A stretch of 64,000 nucleotides of DNA from an uncultured bacterium (GTDB lineage: Bacteria; Patescibacteriota; Minisyncoccia; Moranbacterales; UBA2206): assembly GCA_903937035.1 (NCBI GenBank), contig CAIZXS010000009.1:11141-75140 (forward strand), in the 5' to 3' direction. Position numbers and translations under genes: made by a program. Of the stretch, positions 20,438 to 30,120 are shown in pieces; position 1 is the first letter of the stretch, and every line of letters begins with the position of its first letter. A model generated the notes under the pieces. It had not been told where the DNA came from. It searched no databases and worked only from the letters and a program-made list of their open reading frames with translations.

Positions 20438-20527
20438 TGACTGTTACCAATTTTGACAGATTTTTGACAAAAAAAACCGGCTCAAATCCGAGCCAAAATT
20501 AGCATCACAAGAAAAAGGAGAATCACC

Positions 20528-21127
20528 ATGAAAAAAAGCATTCTTATGGCAGTGGCAGTTGTTTTTCTGGTAATGGCGATGTTTTCAGCTGCGTTTGGGC
20601 AGTATGAGGACATCAGAGTTGTACCTCGTGATTCTGATACTTATGCCTATGGAACAGTAGGGATTAAGTTGTACCTGAACAGTAGTAATGTTTGGGAGAA
20701 ACAACTCAATCCTTTCGGAGGAACGCCCACGCCCGGGTTTAATAACCCAGTATGGGCTGCGGCCGAAGCGATGACCCAGGCCAATACAACACCGGGATCG
20801 GATGGCAAAACCCGTTATCCGGCGCCATGGATTTATCCGGCGGATGTAACGACCGCTCCAGCAGTCAGCTACTATGTGTTTGGTGATTCTGGCGTGCTCG
20901 ATACAATCAAGGGCGCACTCTCGGGGACTGGTATTTCCGTGTATTATAGCAAGGTTGATTACCCGGTTTCGGTGGAGACAGCCTTGGGAAATGCAAACAC
21001 CGGACTTCTCTATTCGATGGTATCTGGGTTGGTAGCCTACATACCCGTTGAAGATCAGTCTGGCCAACTGATATTCAAAGACAAATGGTTTAAAGCACTG
21101 ATTGCAGTTGATTCGTTCAAGTTCTGA
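20528..21127 (+). CDS. Exported hypothetical protein
   Basis: AAGGAG SD, signal peptide ending AFG, own promoter and terminator. Confidence 0.75.
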   Translation: MKKSILMAVAVVFLVMAMFSAAFGQYEDIRVVPRDSDTYAYGTVGIKLYLNSSNVWEKQLNPFGGTPTPGFNNPVWAAAEAMTQANTTPGSDGKTRYPAPWIYPADVTTAPAVSYYVFGDSGVLDTIKGALSGTGISVYYSKVDYPVSVETALGNANTGLLYSMVSGLVAYIPVEDQSGQLIFKDKWFKALIAVDSFKF

Positions 21128-21144
21128 TAATACATTGGAACAGC

Positions 21145-21194
21145 ACAGGTCGCTTTGTCTTTCTGAACCAAGAAAGATAAAGCGGCCTGTTTTT
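21145..21194 (+). terminator. Intrinsic terminator
   Basis: ACAGGTCGCTTTGTCTT...AAGATAAAGCGGCCTGT followed by TTTT. Confidence 0.7.
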
Positions 21195-21286
21195 ACATTA
21201 AAAAATGCTTGACAAAAAGCTAGATTTAGTGTAGGCTGAACAGTTAATATGATTTGGCAATAATAACCTGTAAATCGTTAATTTTT

Positions 21287-22651
21287 ATGCAAAAAAGTAA
21301 TCGCAATTTTATTTTATTTTGGATTTTTTCTATCCTATTTCTCGTAGGTTGGTATTTTTATTGGCAAGTGAAAAATAATAAGGAATTTGGGACAATGAGT
21401 GCTGTTATCGATTTTTTGCCAATGAACGAACTTAAAAAGGCCAAGTTCAAAACAATGGCTGGCTTTGCTGAGTATCTTTTTGCGAAAGACGGAGAGGAAA
21501 AAACGTTTATGTTGCTTTTTCAAAATAACATGGAGCTTCGTCCCGGCGGGGGATATATCGGTTCGTTTGGAGTTTTAAAAATGCAAGACGGAAAAGTTTT
21601 AGATCTTTCCACGCATGACCTTTCGAATTTTGATGGACGCGTTCCCAATGGCATTGCTCCTCCATATCCAATCAAAGAAACCTTACGCGTTTCGGATTGG
21701 AAGCTGCGCGACTCAAATTTTTCTCCAGATTTTTTGGAGAATACTAAGAAAGCTGATGAGTTTTATCGCTTGGGTCAGGGACAGGAAGATTTTGCGGGGA
21801 TTGTGGCAATTAATAGTAATGTGCTCACTTCTTTTCTCAAAGTGACGGGACCGGTGGAGATTCCAGGTTATCCGGGAACTTATGACAGTGAAAATGCAGT
21901 TCTTGATCTAGAATATCAAGTTGAACAAGGAGCTTACAAGCAGGGTATTGAAAGAGGCGAGAGAAAAAGCATAATGAATCTGTTGGCAAAAGAAATCCAG
22001 AAAAAAGTTTTCACGCTTAGTATGAGTGAGAAAATAAAACTTGCAGAGATCATTTTGGATGATTTGAATCGCAAAGACATTCAATTGTATTTTAAGGATG
22101 ATAAACTGGAAAGACAGGCGCAGCTTGCGCAGTGGGATGGTAGCGTGGACAAGAATTGGTCAGAGGACTACCTGATGTTGGTTGATGCCAATATGGGATC
22201 TTTGAAAAGCGATTATTACATGCGCCGGTCATTTAACTATACGGTAGATTTATCAGGAGATGTTCCTCGGGCTAATTTGAAAGTGACCTACAATCATACT
22301 GGGAAGGAAAAAAATTGGATGACAAAAGATTATCTGACTTATCTGCGAGTCTACGCTCCAAAAAGTAGTTGGCTTACAGATTCGAAGAATTTGGGCGAGA
22401 AGCGATTTGGTGATGACTTGGGCAAAAAATATTTTGGGACATTAGTGGGCGTCCCTTTGGGTCAAACGAAAACAATTGAATTTTTCTATGATCTGCCAAG
22501 AGCAGCGGTGGAAAATTATGACCTCTTAATCCAGAGACAATCTGGCTCTGGCGAGGTGAAGGGAGAAGTGATAATTATATATAAGAGTCAAAAGAAGATG
22601 GTCTATCAGGTTAATCTTTCAAGTGATTGGAAATTGAGTGATAATCAATAA
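21287..22651 (+). CDS. DUF4012 domain protein
   Basis: QNNMELRPGGGYIGSF, RDSNFSPDF, DANMGSLKSD; N-terminal TM; paralog of 57651-59111. Confidence 0.85.
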   Translation: MQKSNRNFILFWIFSILFLVGWYFYWQVKNNKEFGTMSAVIDFLPMNELKKAKFKTMAGFAEYLFAKDGEEKTFMLLFQNNMELRPGGGYIGSFGVLKMQDGKVLDLSTHDLSNFDGRVPNGIAPPYPIKETLRVSDWKLRDSNFSPDFLENTKKADEFYRLGQGQEDFAGIVAINSNVLTSFLKVTGPVEIPGYPGTYDSENAVLDLEYQVEQGAYKQGIERGERKSIMNLLAKEIQKKVFTLSMSEKIKLAEIILDDLNRKDIQLYFKDDKLERQAQLAQWDGSVDKNWSEDYLMLVDANMGSLKSDYYMRRSFNYTVDLSGDVPRANLKVTYNHTGKEKNWMTKDYLTYLRVYAPKSSWLTDSKNLGEKRFGDDLGKKYFGTLVGVPLGQTKTIEFFYDLPRAAVENYDLLIQRQSGSGEVKGEVIIIYKSQKKMVYQVNLSSDWKLSDNQ

Positions 22652-22660
22652 TTAATTTTA

Positions 22661-22816
22661 GTCTCCTCGCCCTTCGGGAGAGGATGTCACGAGCACGTGA
22701 CAGGTGAGGGCAAGGGCTATAAATTAAGAATAAGCTAATTTAGTTTTTGCTTGACATAGTACCATTTCCCTCATCCCCGCCTCGGCGGGGCCACCTTCTC
22801 CCTGATGGAGAAGGAT
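22661..22816. repeat. REP doublet (REPIN-like), family A copy 2
   Basis: GTCTCCTCGCCCTTCGGGAGAGGATGTC...GGTGAGGG and the inverted CCCTCATCC...CCTTCTCCCTGATGGAGAAGG. Confidence 0.85.
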
Positions 22817-22822
22817 CTATAT

Positions 22823-22854
22823 AAAAAATCCCCTGCCTTGGCAGGGGATTTTTT
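22823..22854. terminator. Bidirectional intrinsic terminator
   Basis: AAAAAATCCCCTGCC-TT-GGCAGGGGATTTTT between convergent genes. Confidence 0.85.
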
Positions 22855-24355
22855 ATGCTCCTCCTATTCCTAGGATTGGAACTGGTTCGGGGAAAATAAA
22901 GGAATTGAGGATTGTGACACCATCTTTTTCATCAGTAAAGAAGAGTTTCTCCAGGCCATTATTATGGATGACGAAAGGCGTGTCTAGGCTGCCACTAATT
23001 AGATCTAGGCAGTTGCGATGATCGCGTGCGTCTAGCTCGATTATTTTTGTGTATTTTCCAACACTAAAAATGATGTGTTCATAGTCTTTGTACCACTGGA
23101 TGTTTTTTAGGTTTTCAGAATAGCGTGTGATATTGTTCAAGTCATTTTCATAGCGAATCGGCTGTACGGTCCAATTGCGAGTGTAGTATACGGAGATTTC
23201 ATTGTTGCTATAAAAAAGTAATTTTTTCCCATCATTAGAAAAGTGCATTTCTGTTACTTGACTTCCGAGTGCTCGGAAATATTCTTCATTTTCTCCATTA
23301 TTATAGATGAAAAGATTTTGATTTTGATCAAGAAAGGCGATACGAGATTCGTCATAGACAGTGATTCTTTTTATGGTTGGGTTATTCGTGTCGGGAAAGC
23401 TATTGGTAATTTGAACTTTTTCCGATTTTCCATCAAGACTAGTCTTGAAAATGAGATTGTTGGGTGATTGGACAAAATAAACACCATTATAGGCCAAGTC
23501 ATATGCACTGATGTCGCTTGCAATTTTGGTTATGTCACTCGCATCTTTGATGTTTGCCCGAAAAAGCGATGTGCCCTCCAAAAAGAAGAGATAGCCTTTT
23601 TCTTTTGGATCCCACCTTGCATAACGAATATCATTTTTTCCAAAAAAAGTGTTCAGGTTTGTTGTGCTATTATCACTAAGATCAATGACGAAATAGGCGG
23701 TTTGGAAGTGGTTTTCCAATGAGCTTGTTTTTAATTCTGCCACATTATTTTTTTCCACAGGGACAGAAAGATAATTTTCATCTGGTGACCACTCGATATT
23801 TTCCTTCTTATCCTCCGCGAGAAGTTTCCATCCGGTAAGCGTGTAATTGCTGATAACGAGTTCACTATCTAGATCTAATTCTTTCACGAGGAGTGCATTT
23901 TCCGCGTTGGTCGTGAAAGCAATGAAGCGATTTCTGGGTGATGTAAAAAACTTATCGATTCCACGTGCTGCTTCATAGGGGGTTTTTTCGTAATTTTTTC
24001 TTGTTAGGACAACATTCCAAAATTCGCTAGAGATGCCGCTATGGACGTCGATTTTTTTATTCCAGGAATAGAAATCTTTTGCAGAGATTTCAATTTCGTA
24101 ATCTGCAGGAAGGAGGCCTGAAAGGTTGAATGAGTTATTGATTCTGTTTGGCGTAGCCGTTTCATCAGTATTGCCATTGAGAGTTGTGGTGATGTTTTGC
24201 GGATTGGCTTTGAAAGAAATCGTTCCGCTATAAACGAAAACACCTCGATGCCAATCGAAGCGATAACCGCGGGCTTCCAAGACGATAATCGGGGTAATTA
24301 TGAAGAAAATTAAGACGAGGGACCAAAAAAATAGAGTGCGTTTGAATCTTTCCAT
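22853..24355 (-). CDS. PEGA-domain protein with a probable beta-propeller
   Basis: N-terminal TM, ARGYRFD...G.I...NP, LLPADYEIEI..W.K PEGA pattern, repeated WSPD/FSND blades. Confidence 0.75.
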   Translation of the reverse strand: MERFKRTLFFWSLVLIFFIITPIIVLEARGYRFDWHRGVFVYSGTISFKANPQNITTTLNGNTDETATPNRINNSFNLSGLLPADYEIEISAKDFYSWNKKIDVHSGISSEFWNVVLTRKNYEKTPYEAARGIDKFFTSPRNRFIAFTTNAENALLVKELDLDSELVISNYTLTGWKLLAEDKKENIEWSPDENYLSVPVEKNNVAELKTSSLENHFQTAYFVIDLSDNSTTNLNTFFGKNDIRYARWDPKEKGYLFFLEGTSLFRANIKDASDITKIASDISAYDLAYNGVYFVQSPNNLIFKTSLDGKSEKVQITNSFPDTNNPTIKRITVYDESRIAFLDQNQNLFIYNNGENEEYFRALGSQVTEMHFSNDGKKLLFYSNNEISVYYTRNWTVQPIRYENDLNNITRYSENLKNIQWYKDYEHIIFSVGKYTKIIELDARDHRNCLDLISGSLDTPFVIHNNGLEKLFFTDEKDGVTILNSFIFPEPVPILGIGGA

Positions 24356-24391
24356 GGATAAATATTAGCGGGATTTTGCGGTTTTGTCCAG

Positions 24392-24461
24392 CCCCGCACT
24401 AACCTTGCACTTGCACCTCCGGTGCGAATTGGCCAAAGGCCAGTGCAAGGTTAGTGCGGGG
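24392..24461. repeat. 70-nt palindromic element with 20-bp perfect inverted termini
   Basis: CCCCGCACTAACCTTGCACT ... AGTGCAAGGTTAGTGCGGGG enclosing two small hairpins. Confidence 0.85.
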
Positions 24462-24509
24462 TTGTGCTATAATAAATTTAGCAATAAGTGATTTAACTTA
24501 AGTTTTCAT

Positions 24510-25250
24510 ATGAGTCGGAATAGCAGTATATTATTAGTAGGCGTATTTTGTTTGGTTGCCCTGATTTTTGGCAATGTTTTTTGGCAGATGTTTAATCAGG
24601 GTAATGACGAAGCTTTCGAAAAAATCAAAAAAGAAACAGATGCTAATTTGGCAAAAAAACAAATTGCTGCTGCCACTTCGCCAGCTTCAGGCGCGCCGGC
24701 TGCATTGGGCGCTTCAACGAATACTGTGCCAGAAAACAATCCAAGTGAATCAGAAGCTGCCCAGAGCCTGCCTCCAAAAAATACTGACCCACAAGTGAAG
24801 GAACTAGAGAAAACTCCAGACAGTACAATAGAAAAGCCGAAGGATGGCACGGAGGACTGGAAAACCTATACAGATGAAAAAAATAAATTTGAATTTAAGT
24901 ATCCAAGCGATGCACAAGTGGTCCATGGCGGGGATTTAGTTCGTGTTTCTCAAAATAATAAAACTTGGAAGTTCAGGGTGTATTCCGATGAGGATAAGTT
25001 AGATTTGCAATCTTGGTATAGCAAGGAGTTTTCAGAAAAGGAGCGAAAGAATTGCACTCTCACAGAGTCGACCTTGAAAGTGGGAAGTTATGAGACAAAA
25101 TATGTCAACCCTAACTCCGGCCAAACGGAATGCGAGAAAGCCGGTTACTATTCAATTAGTAGTACTAAGGAGCGGGTAATTAGAGCGGAGCTTGGCGATG
25201 AAACGATGGACAATGTGAATAAAATTTTGAAAACTTTCATATTTCAATAG
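24510..25250 (+). CDS. Membrane-anchored hypothetical protein (PsbP-like C-domain)
   Basis: N-terminal TM, low-complexity linker, WKTYTD...FEFKYP, C-terminal ILKTFIF. Confidence 0.7.
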   Translation: MSRNSSILLVGVFCLVALIFGNVFWQMFNQGNDEAFEKIKKETDANLAKKQIAAATSPASGAPAALGASTNTVPENNPSESEAAQSLPPKNTDPQVKELEKTPDSTIEKPKDGTEDWKTYTDEKNKFEFKYPSDAQVVHGGDLVRVSQNNKTWKFRVYSDEDKLDLQSWYSKEFSEKERKNCTLTESTLKVGSYETKYVNPNSGQTECEKAGYYSISSTKERVIRAELGDETMDNVNKILKTFIFQ

Positions 25251-25287
25251 GGTGTAAATTGTGACGCATCCGGGGCACACATTTTTT

Positions 25288-25316
25288 TTGACAGAATAAT
25301 TGATAAATAGTATAGT
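25288..25316 (+). promoter_or_regulatory. sigma70 promoter of khpA
   Basis: TTGACA-17-TATAGT. Confidence 0.75.
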
Positions 25317-25322
25317 ATAAGA

Positions 25323-25409
25323 AGTAAGAGAATTTCGTTAAGGCTATTCTTAATAGCTTAGCGAATGACAGCGATGGTGGGCCGGTCGATCTTCCGAAGC
25401 CCTCTTACT
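25323..25409 (+). promoter_or_regulatory. Candidate structured 5' leader RNA of khpA
   Basis: P1 AGTAAGAG/CTCTTACT closes a long P2 and a GGC-CGG/CCG-AA-GCC P3; starts at the predicted +1. Confidence 0.55.
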
Positions 25410-25443
25410 CGAAGTTAATAATCTTTAATCTAGAATTGCGTTT

Positions 25444-25785
25444 ATGACTACAATCCAAGTTACTGACAAAGAGTTTGTTGAATATGTTGTAAAACAAATT
25501 GTTAACAAACCAGATGATGTTAGAGTGGAAAGGAAGATTGATGAAATGGGTGTGCTAATTACGCTTGATGTCAATCCTGAAGATATGGGAATGATCATCG
25601 GTCGTGAGGGTGCTACAGCAAAAGCTTTGCGAACACTTTTGCGTGTGATTGGTGCAAGGAATAATGCTCGAGTTAATCTCAAGATTAACGAGCCAGAAGG
25701 ATCTGAGCGAAAACCAAGAGAAGATAGGGAGCCAAGAGAAGAGGTACGAAAAAGTATTGACGATGTCGTAGGTGATATTGTTTAA
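25444..25785 (+). CDS. khpA: KH-domain RNA-binding protein KhpA
   Basis: IVNKPDDV, DMGMIIGREGATAKALRTLL; upstream of trmD. Confidence 0.92.
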   Translation: MTTIQVTDKEFVEYVVKQIVNKPDDVRVERKIDEMGVLITLDVNPEDMGMIIGREGATAKALRTLLRVIGARNNARVNLKINEPEGSERKPREDREPREEVRKSIDDVVGDIV

Positions 25786-25865
25786 TACTACCTAAATTTA
25801 GAAATATGCAAAAAGGCTGGCGGATGCTGGCCTTTTTTGATTTGTTTTGCTATTATGAATGTATT

Positions 25866-26534
25866 ATGCAATTCCACATTGTTACAATTTTTCCGCGTAT
25901 TTTGGACTCATATCTTTCCGAGTCTATAATTGGCCGTGCTCAAAAAAGCCGGATTATAGAAATTTTCACACATAATTTGCGGGATTATACGACAGACAAG
26001 CATGGGAAAATTGATGACACTCCTTATGGTGGTGGGGCAGGAATGGTACTTCAAGTTCAGCCGATCTATGCTTGCGTCGAGGCGGTGAAAAAGCTGATTG
26101 CGAAAAAGTCTAAAAAAACTATAGTCATCGGGAGCAAAACGCGCATAATCCTTTTCTCTGCCAAAGGCAAAAAATATACCCAGCGGTCAGCGGAAAGATT
26201 GGCGAAATATGACAAGCTGATTTTAATCTGTGGACGATATGAAGGTGTGGATGAGCGCGTAGCGCAGAGTATTGCTGATGAAGAAATTTCCATTGGAGAT
26301 TATGTTCTCACGGGAGGTGAACTTCCGGCAATGGTTGTGATTGACTCGGTGACGCGGCTTTTGCCTGGAGTTTTAGGCAATGATGCCAGTTCCAAGTACG
26401 AATCGCACAGTCGGAAAAATTATAAAGAGCATCCTCAATATAGTAAACCAGCCAGTTTCAATGGTTGGGAAGTCCCGGCAGTTCTTTTGGGTGGCAATCA
26501 CGGCGAGATAGGAAAGTGGCGAGAAAAAAATTAA
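25866..26534 (+). CDS. trmD: tRNA (guanine-N1)-methyltransferase
   Basis: DDTPYGGGAGMV, CGRYEGVDER, SIGDYVLTGGEL; start set at ATG 25866. Confidence 0.97.
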   Translation: MQFHIVTIFPRILDSYLSESIIGRAQKSRIIEIFTHNLRDYTTDKHGKIDDTPYGGGAGMVLQVQPIYACVEAVKKLIAKKSKKTIVIGSKTRIILFSAKGKKYTQRSAERLAKYDKLILICGRYEGVDERVAQSIADEEISIGDYVLTGGELPAMVVIDSVTRLLPGVLGNDASSKYESHSRKNYKEHPQYSKPASFNGWEVPAVLLGGNHGEIGKWREKN

Positions 26535-26555
26535 ACTTATTTAATTTCGAAAAAA

Positions 26556-27668
26556 ATGGCCAAACGTGAACGACATGGAGTGAATAAAAATTTACTTTTC
26601 GTAGTGCTTCTCCTCATTACTTTTGGCCTGGCAATGATCGCTTCAGCCGGAATTGCCTATTCTCGCAGTCGCTTCGGAGATTCCTATTATTTCTTTAAAC
26701 ATCAACTTTTCTACGGTGTTTTGCCAGGATTTTTTGTTTTATATGTCACGCAAAAAATTGACTACAACTTTTGGAAAAAAATTGCCTTCCCCCTTTTTAT
26801 CTTAAGTATTTTCTTTCTCGTTTTAGTCTTTGTGCCAGGAGTCGGCTCGAAGATATATGGCGCGAGCCGCTGGCTTCAATTGGGTCCGTTTTCTTTTCAA
26901 CCTTCGGAAATGTTGAAATTGTCGATCATTATCTATCTCTCGGCTTGGCTCGAAAGTCGCGCTGAAAAAGTGAAAGATTTCTATGAAGGCTTGATTCCCT
27001 TTCTTGCCGTGGTGGGAGTTGTCAGTTTTCTTTTGGAAAAACAGCCAGACATGGGAACGCTAGGCGTAATCATTTTTATTGCCATGTCAATATTTTTTAT
27101 TTCAGGCGCTCGACTCTCACATATGTTTATGATCGCTGCTTCTGGATTTGCCGCGCTTGCCATTCTCATTAAATTTGAATCCTATCGCATGGATCGTTTT
27201 TTGGTATTTCTTCACCCCGAACTTGATCCGCGCGGGATTGGCTATCAAATCAATCAAGCGCTTCTTGCAATCGGTTCCGGGGGAATTTTTGGAGTGGGAT
27301 TAGGCCATAGTTTGCAAAAATTCAACTATTTACCGGAACCGGTGGGCGATTCAATTTTTGCTATTATTGGAGAGGAGCTTGGGATGATTGGTGTTGTTTC
27401 GTTGGTTTTATTATTTTTGTCTCTTGCGATGATTGGCTTTCGGATTGCCAAGAATGCCCCTGATCGCTTTTCCCAACTCACGGCGATTGGCATTACATGC
27501 TGGATCACTTTTCAAGCTTTCATTAACATCTCAGCTATCTCCGGACTCATTCCACTCACCGGTATTCCATTACCATTCATCAGTTACGGCGGAACATCAC
27601 TGGTTTTTTTGATGGCAGGAATCGGGGTGCTTTTGAATATTTCCAAACAGACGAGTTTGAATAATTGA
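26556..27668 (+). CDS. ftsW: Peptidoglycan glycosyltransferase FtsW
   Basis: GASRW, FQPSE, QPDMGT, GYQ, PLTGIPLPFISYGGTS. Confidence 0.95.
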   Translation: MAKRERHGVNKNLLFVVLLLITFGLAMIASAGIAYSRSRFGDSYYFFKHQLFYGVLPGFFVLYVTQKIDYNFWKKIAFPLFILSIFFLVLVFVPGVGSKIYGASRWLQLGPFSFQPSEMLKLSIIIYLSAWLESRAEKVKDFYEGLIPFLAVVGVVSFLLEKQPDMGTLGVIIFIAMSIFFISGARLSHMFMIAASGFAALAILIKFESYRMDRFLVFLHPELDPRGIGYQINQALLAIGSGGIFGVGLGHSLQKFNYLPEPVGDSIFAIIGEELGMIGVVSLVLLFLSLAMIGFRIAKNAPDRFSQLTAIGITCWITFQAFINISAISGLIPLTGIPLPFISYGGTSLVFLMAGIGVLLNISKQTSLNN

Positions 27669-27692
27669 TTTAATTTTTTAAAATCAAAAAAT

Positions 27693-28526
27693 ATGAGTGA
27701 AAAAATGGGAAACGGAGGAGAAATTCTTTTTACGAGGCATAGTAAGGCAAAGTATGGAACCTACGGAGAAGCAGTTAAATCGGAGAATCCGGAGGCCCCT
27801 CATGATCCAAACAGGCAATTGGAGAATGATTTGCCAGAAGCGGGGATTGAGCTAGCGAGAAAAAAAGCAGAAGAACTCTTCGCGACAATGAATCCGGAAA
27901 CGGACGCGCTATTTTTTGCATCCAGCAAAGAGATGCGAGCGTTTGAGACCGCTAAAATTTATCGGGACATTGCCAAGGAAAAAGGTTTTGAAATTATTAT
28001 TCCCTATACCGAAGAAAACAAGGAAAAAAAGAGCGGCATAACCAGAAAATTAGCCGACGAAAATATCAAAGCAATTGACAGTCTATCGCTGAAAATTCCA
28101 AATTCATTAGTGGGAAATGTGTTTAATCCGGAAGCGTACTTGGGTGAAATCAATTGGAGTGCAGTTGACGAAGAGACTAAGCGAAAATGGAAAGAAGCGA
28201 GAGAAATAATCAACTCGGATGATCAAGGGTCATGGGGCGCTAATTTCTATAAACATTCAGAGGCGATCCAAAAAATATTTCCCGAAATAAAATCTTCCCG
28301 AGATGAATATGCAACAACTTTTCAAAAATTATTAAGACTTACTGAATTTGCTCAAAATAAGATTAAAGAAGTCGGGCATGGTAAAAATGTAAAAGTGCTA
28401 TCTTTTGGTCATGAAAACTACATGGGATATGCAATGAATAAATATTTGGGAGATCATAATTTGGGCAATTGCGAGACTGTTTCAATTGATGTGGATGGGA
28501 AAGAGCTTATTAAAAAAAGAAGTTAG
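27693..28526 (+). CDS. Histidine-phosphatase-superfamily protein
   Basis: FTRHS (RHG variant), SSKEMRAFETA, VLSFGHE and LGNCE match the family pattern. Confidence 0.75.
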   Translation: MSEKMGNGGEILFTRHSKAKYGTYGEAVKSENPEAPHDPNRQLENDLPEAGIELARKKAEELFATMNPETDALFFASSKEMRAFETAKIYRDIAKEKGFEIIIPYTEENKEKKSGITRKLADENIKAIDSLSLKIPNSLVGNVFNPEAYLGEINWSAVDEETKRKWKEAREIINSDDQGSWGANFYKHSEAIQKIFPEIKSSRDEYATTFQKLLRLTEFAQNKIKEVGHGKNVKVLSFGHENYMGYAMNKYLGDHNLGNCETVSIDVDGKELIKKRS

Positions 28527-28557
28527 ATTGAATTAACAATTTACAGTAGTCAGCTAT

Positions 28558-30057
28558 ATGAAAGAACTTAAAAAGAATAAGTATAAAATTTTGCGTAACA
28601 GGAGGGTGATGCCGCTTCCTGCGATTTGGAATGGCAAAAGCCAATCGAGTGAGGGCGCAAGAAATATCCATCATGTCGCTCTAAAAAAGATCTGGAATTA
28701 TCTTGAAAATGAAGAAATAATCGCATTTTACATAGGAGAGGAGTGGACTGATATTGGAGAATATATCGCAAAAAGAATGATTGAGGATAAAAAGTATATT
28801 CCCAATGTGTATAAGCTGCAAAGGGAAAGGGGGAGATTCTTGGTTTTGCTTTCAAAGGAAATCCGAAGATTGAAATTGGGCAATCTCAATTTAGACCAAC
28901 TTTTTGCGGAGTATCAAAAAATTGAAAATGCGTGGGTTGATTTTGATCATGTTAATATGCCGACTTGGCTTATCGGAGGTGAATATTTTCAAATAAAGCT
29001 CAAAAACAAGCTGGGTATGTTGGGTATATCAGAAGAAGAGATATATACACTTTTGACACCGAATGAATTATCCTTCAGTGCAAAGGAAGAGTTGGGAATT
29101 TTGAAAATAGCGCTAAAATTAAAAAGTGATTTGCGAAGCAATAAGAAGTGGATTCTTTCAGGTGATGCAAGGAGGGGCATGGCTGCATTGGTAAAAAAAT
29201 ATCATTGGATTCCTTTCGGTTATGATGGTCCAGATCTTTATGATACAAAGTATTATGAAAAAGCCGTGCGAGAAATGGTGGAAAAAATGAATTCAAGAGA
29301 AATTAAGCAAAAAATTGAAAAAATAGACAGCTACAGCTCGAAAATAAAAGAAAGGCAGGGAAAAATTTTTGCAAAATATCACTTATCGAAAGAGCTGAGA
29401 AGACAGATCAAAATCATCCAGACCTTAGCCAAAATGACGGACGAACGAAAGGAGTATACTTTTCAATCGCACATTGCATTTCAAGGTGTAATAGAACATA
29501 TAGCACGAATCTTGGGGCATGATTGCTTGGTGCTAAAGCATCTTATTTTGGATGAGATTAGGCAATATCAGAATGATCCGAAAAAAATTATTAAGTTGGG
29601 AGAAGAAAGAATGAAAAGCCCTGTGATGTTTTATAGGCATGATGGGAAGCTGGACATTATCACTGGCCCAAGAGCGAAAAAAATGTTCAAAGAAATGATT
29701 GGAGAGGATGTCGCTTCGGATGGTTTGATTTTAAAAGGCAGTGTGGGAAGCAAGGGGAGTGTTCCAATTGTGCGAGGAATCGTTAGAATTCTTAGTACAC
29801 CGCAAGAGATGAATAAATTAAAAGACGGAGAAATTTTGGTGACGGCGATGACTACGCCGGAATATGTTCCGGCGATGCGTCGCAGCCTCGCCATCATCAC
29901 CGACGAAGGCGGCGTGACGTGTCACGCGGCGATTGTGAGCCGCGAGCTGGGAAAGCCTGCGATTATCGGCACAAAAATCGCGACAAAATTTTTGAAAAAC
30001 GGAGAGTTCATTGAAATGGATATGAAAAAAGGCCAAATAAAAAAACTAGCCCAATGA
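28558..30057 (+). CDS. Variable N-domain + PEP-utilising mobile (phospho-His swivel) domain protein
   Basis: C-terminal GEILVTAMTTPEY...TDEGGVTCHAAIVSRELG; no ATP-grasp domain. Confidence 0.88.
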   Translation: MKELKKNKYKILRNRRVMPLPAIWNGKSQSSEGARNIHHVALKKIWNYLENEEIIAFYIGEEWTDIGEYIAKRMIEDKKYIPNVYKLQRERGRFLVLLSKEIRRLKLGNLNLDQLFAEYQKIENAWVDFDHVNMPTWLIGGEYFQIKLKNKLGMLGISEEEIYTLLTPNELSFSAKEELGILKIALKLKSDLRSNKKWILSGDARRGMAALVKKYHWIPFGYDGPDLYDTKYYEKAVREMVEKMNSREIKQKIEKIDSYSSKIKERQGKIFAKYHLSKELRRQIKIIQTLAKMTDERKEYTFQSHIAFQGVIEHIARILGHDCLVLKHLILDEIRQYQNDPKKIIKLGEERMKSPVMFYRHDGKLDIITGPRAKKMFKEMIGEDVASDGLILKGSVGSKGSVPIVRGIVRILSTPQEMNKLKDGEILVTAMTTPEYVPAMRRSLAIITDEGGVTCHAAIVSRELGKPAIIGTKIATKFLKNGEFIEMDMKKGQIKKLAQ

Positions 30058-30120
30058 TAGTGTGAACACAAGGTTCACGATATATCATTAGGCTAGCGAC
30101 GTAGTTGGTTGGTTTGCCAA

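Noticed and set aside
24392-24461. tRNA gene
   Set aside because: The 20-bp perfect stem and absence of D/T-loop consensus indicate a palindromic repeat
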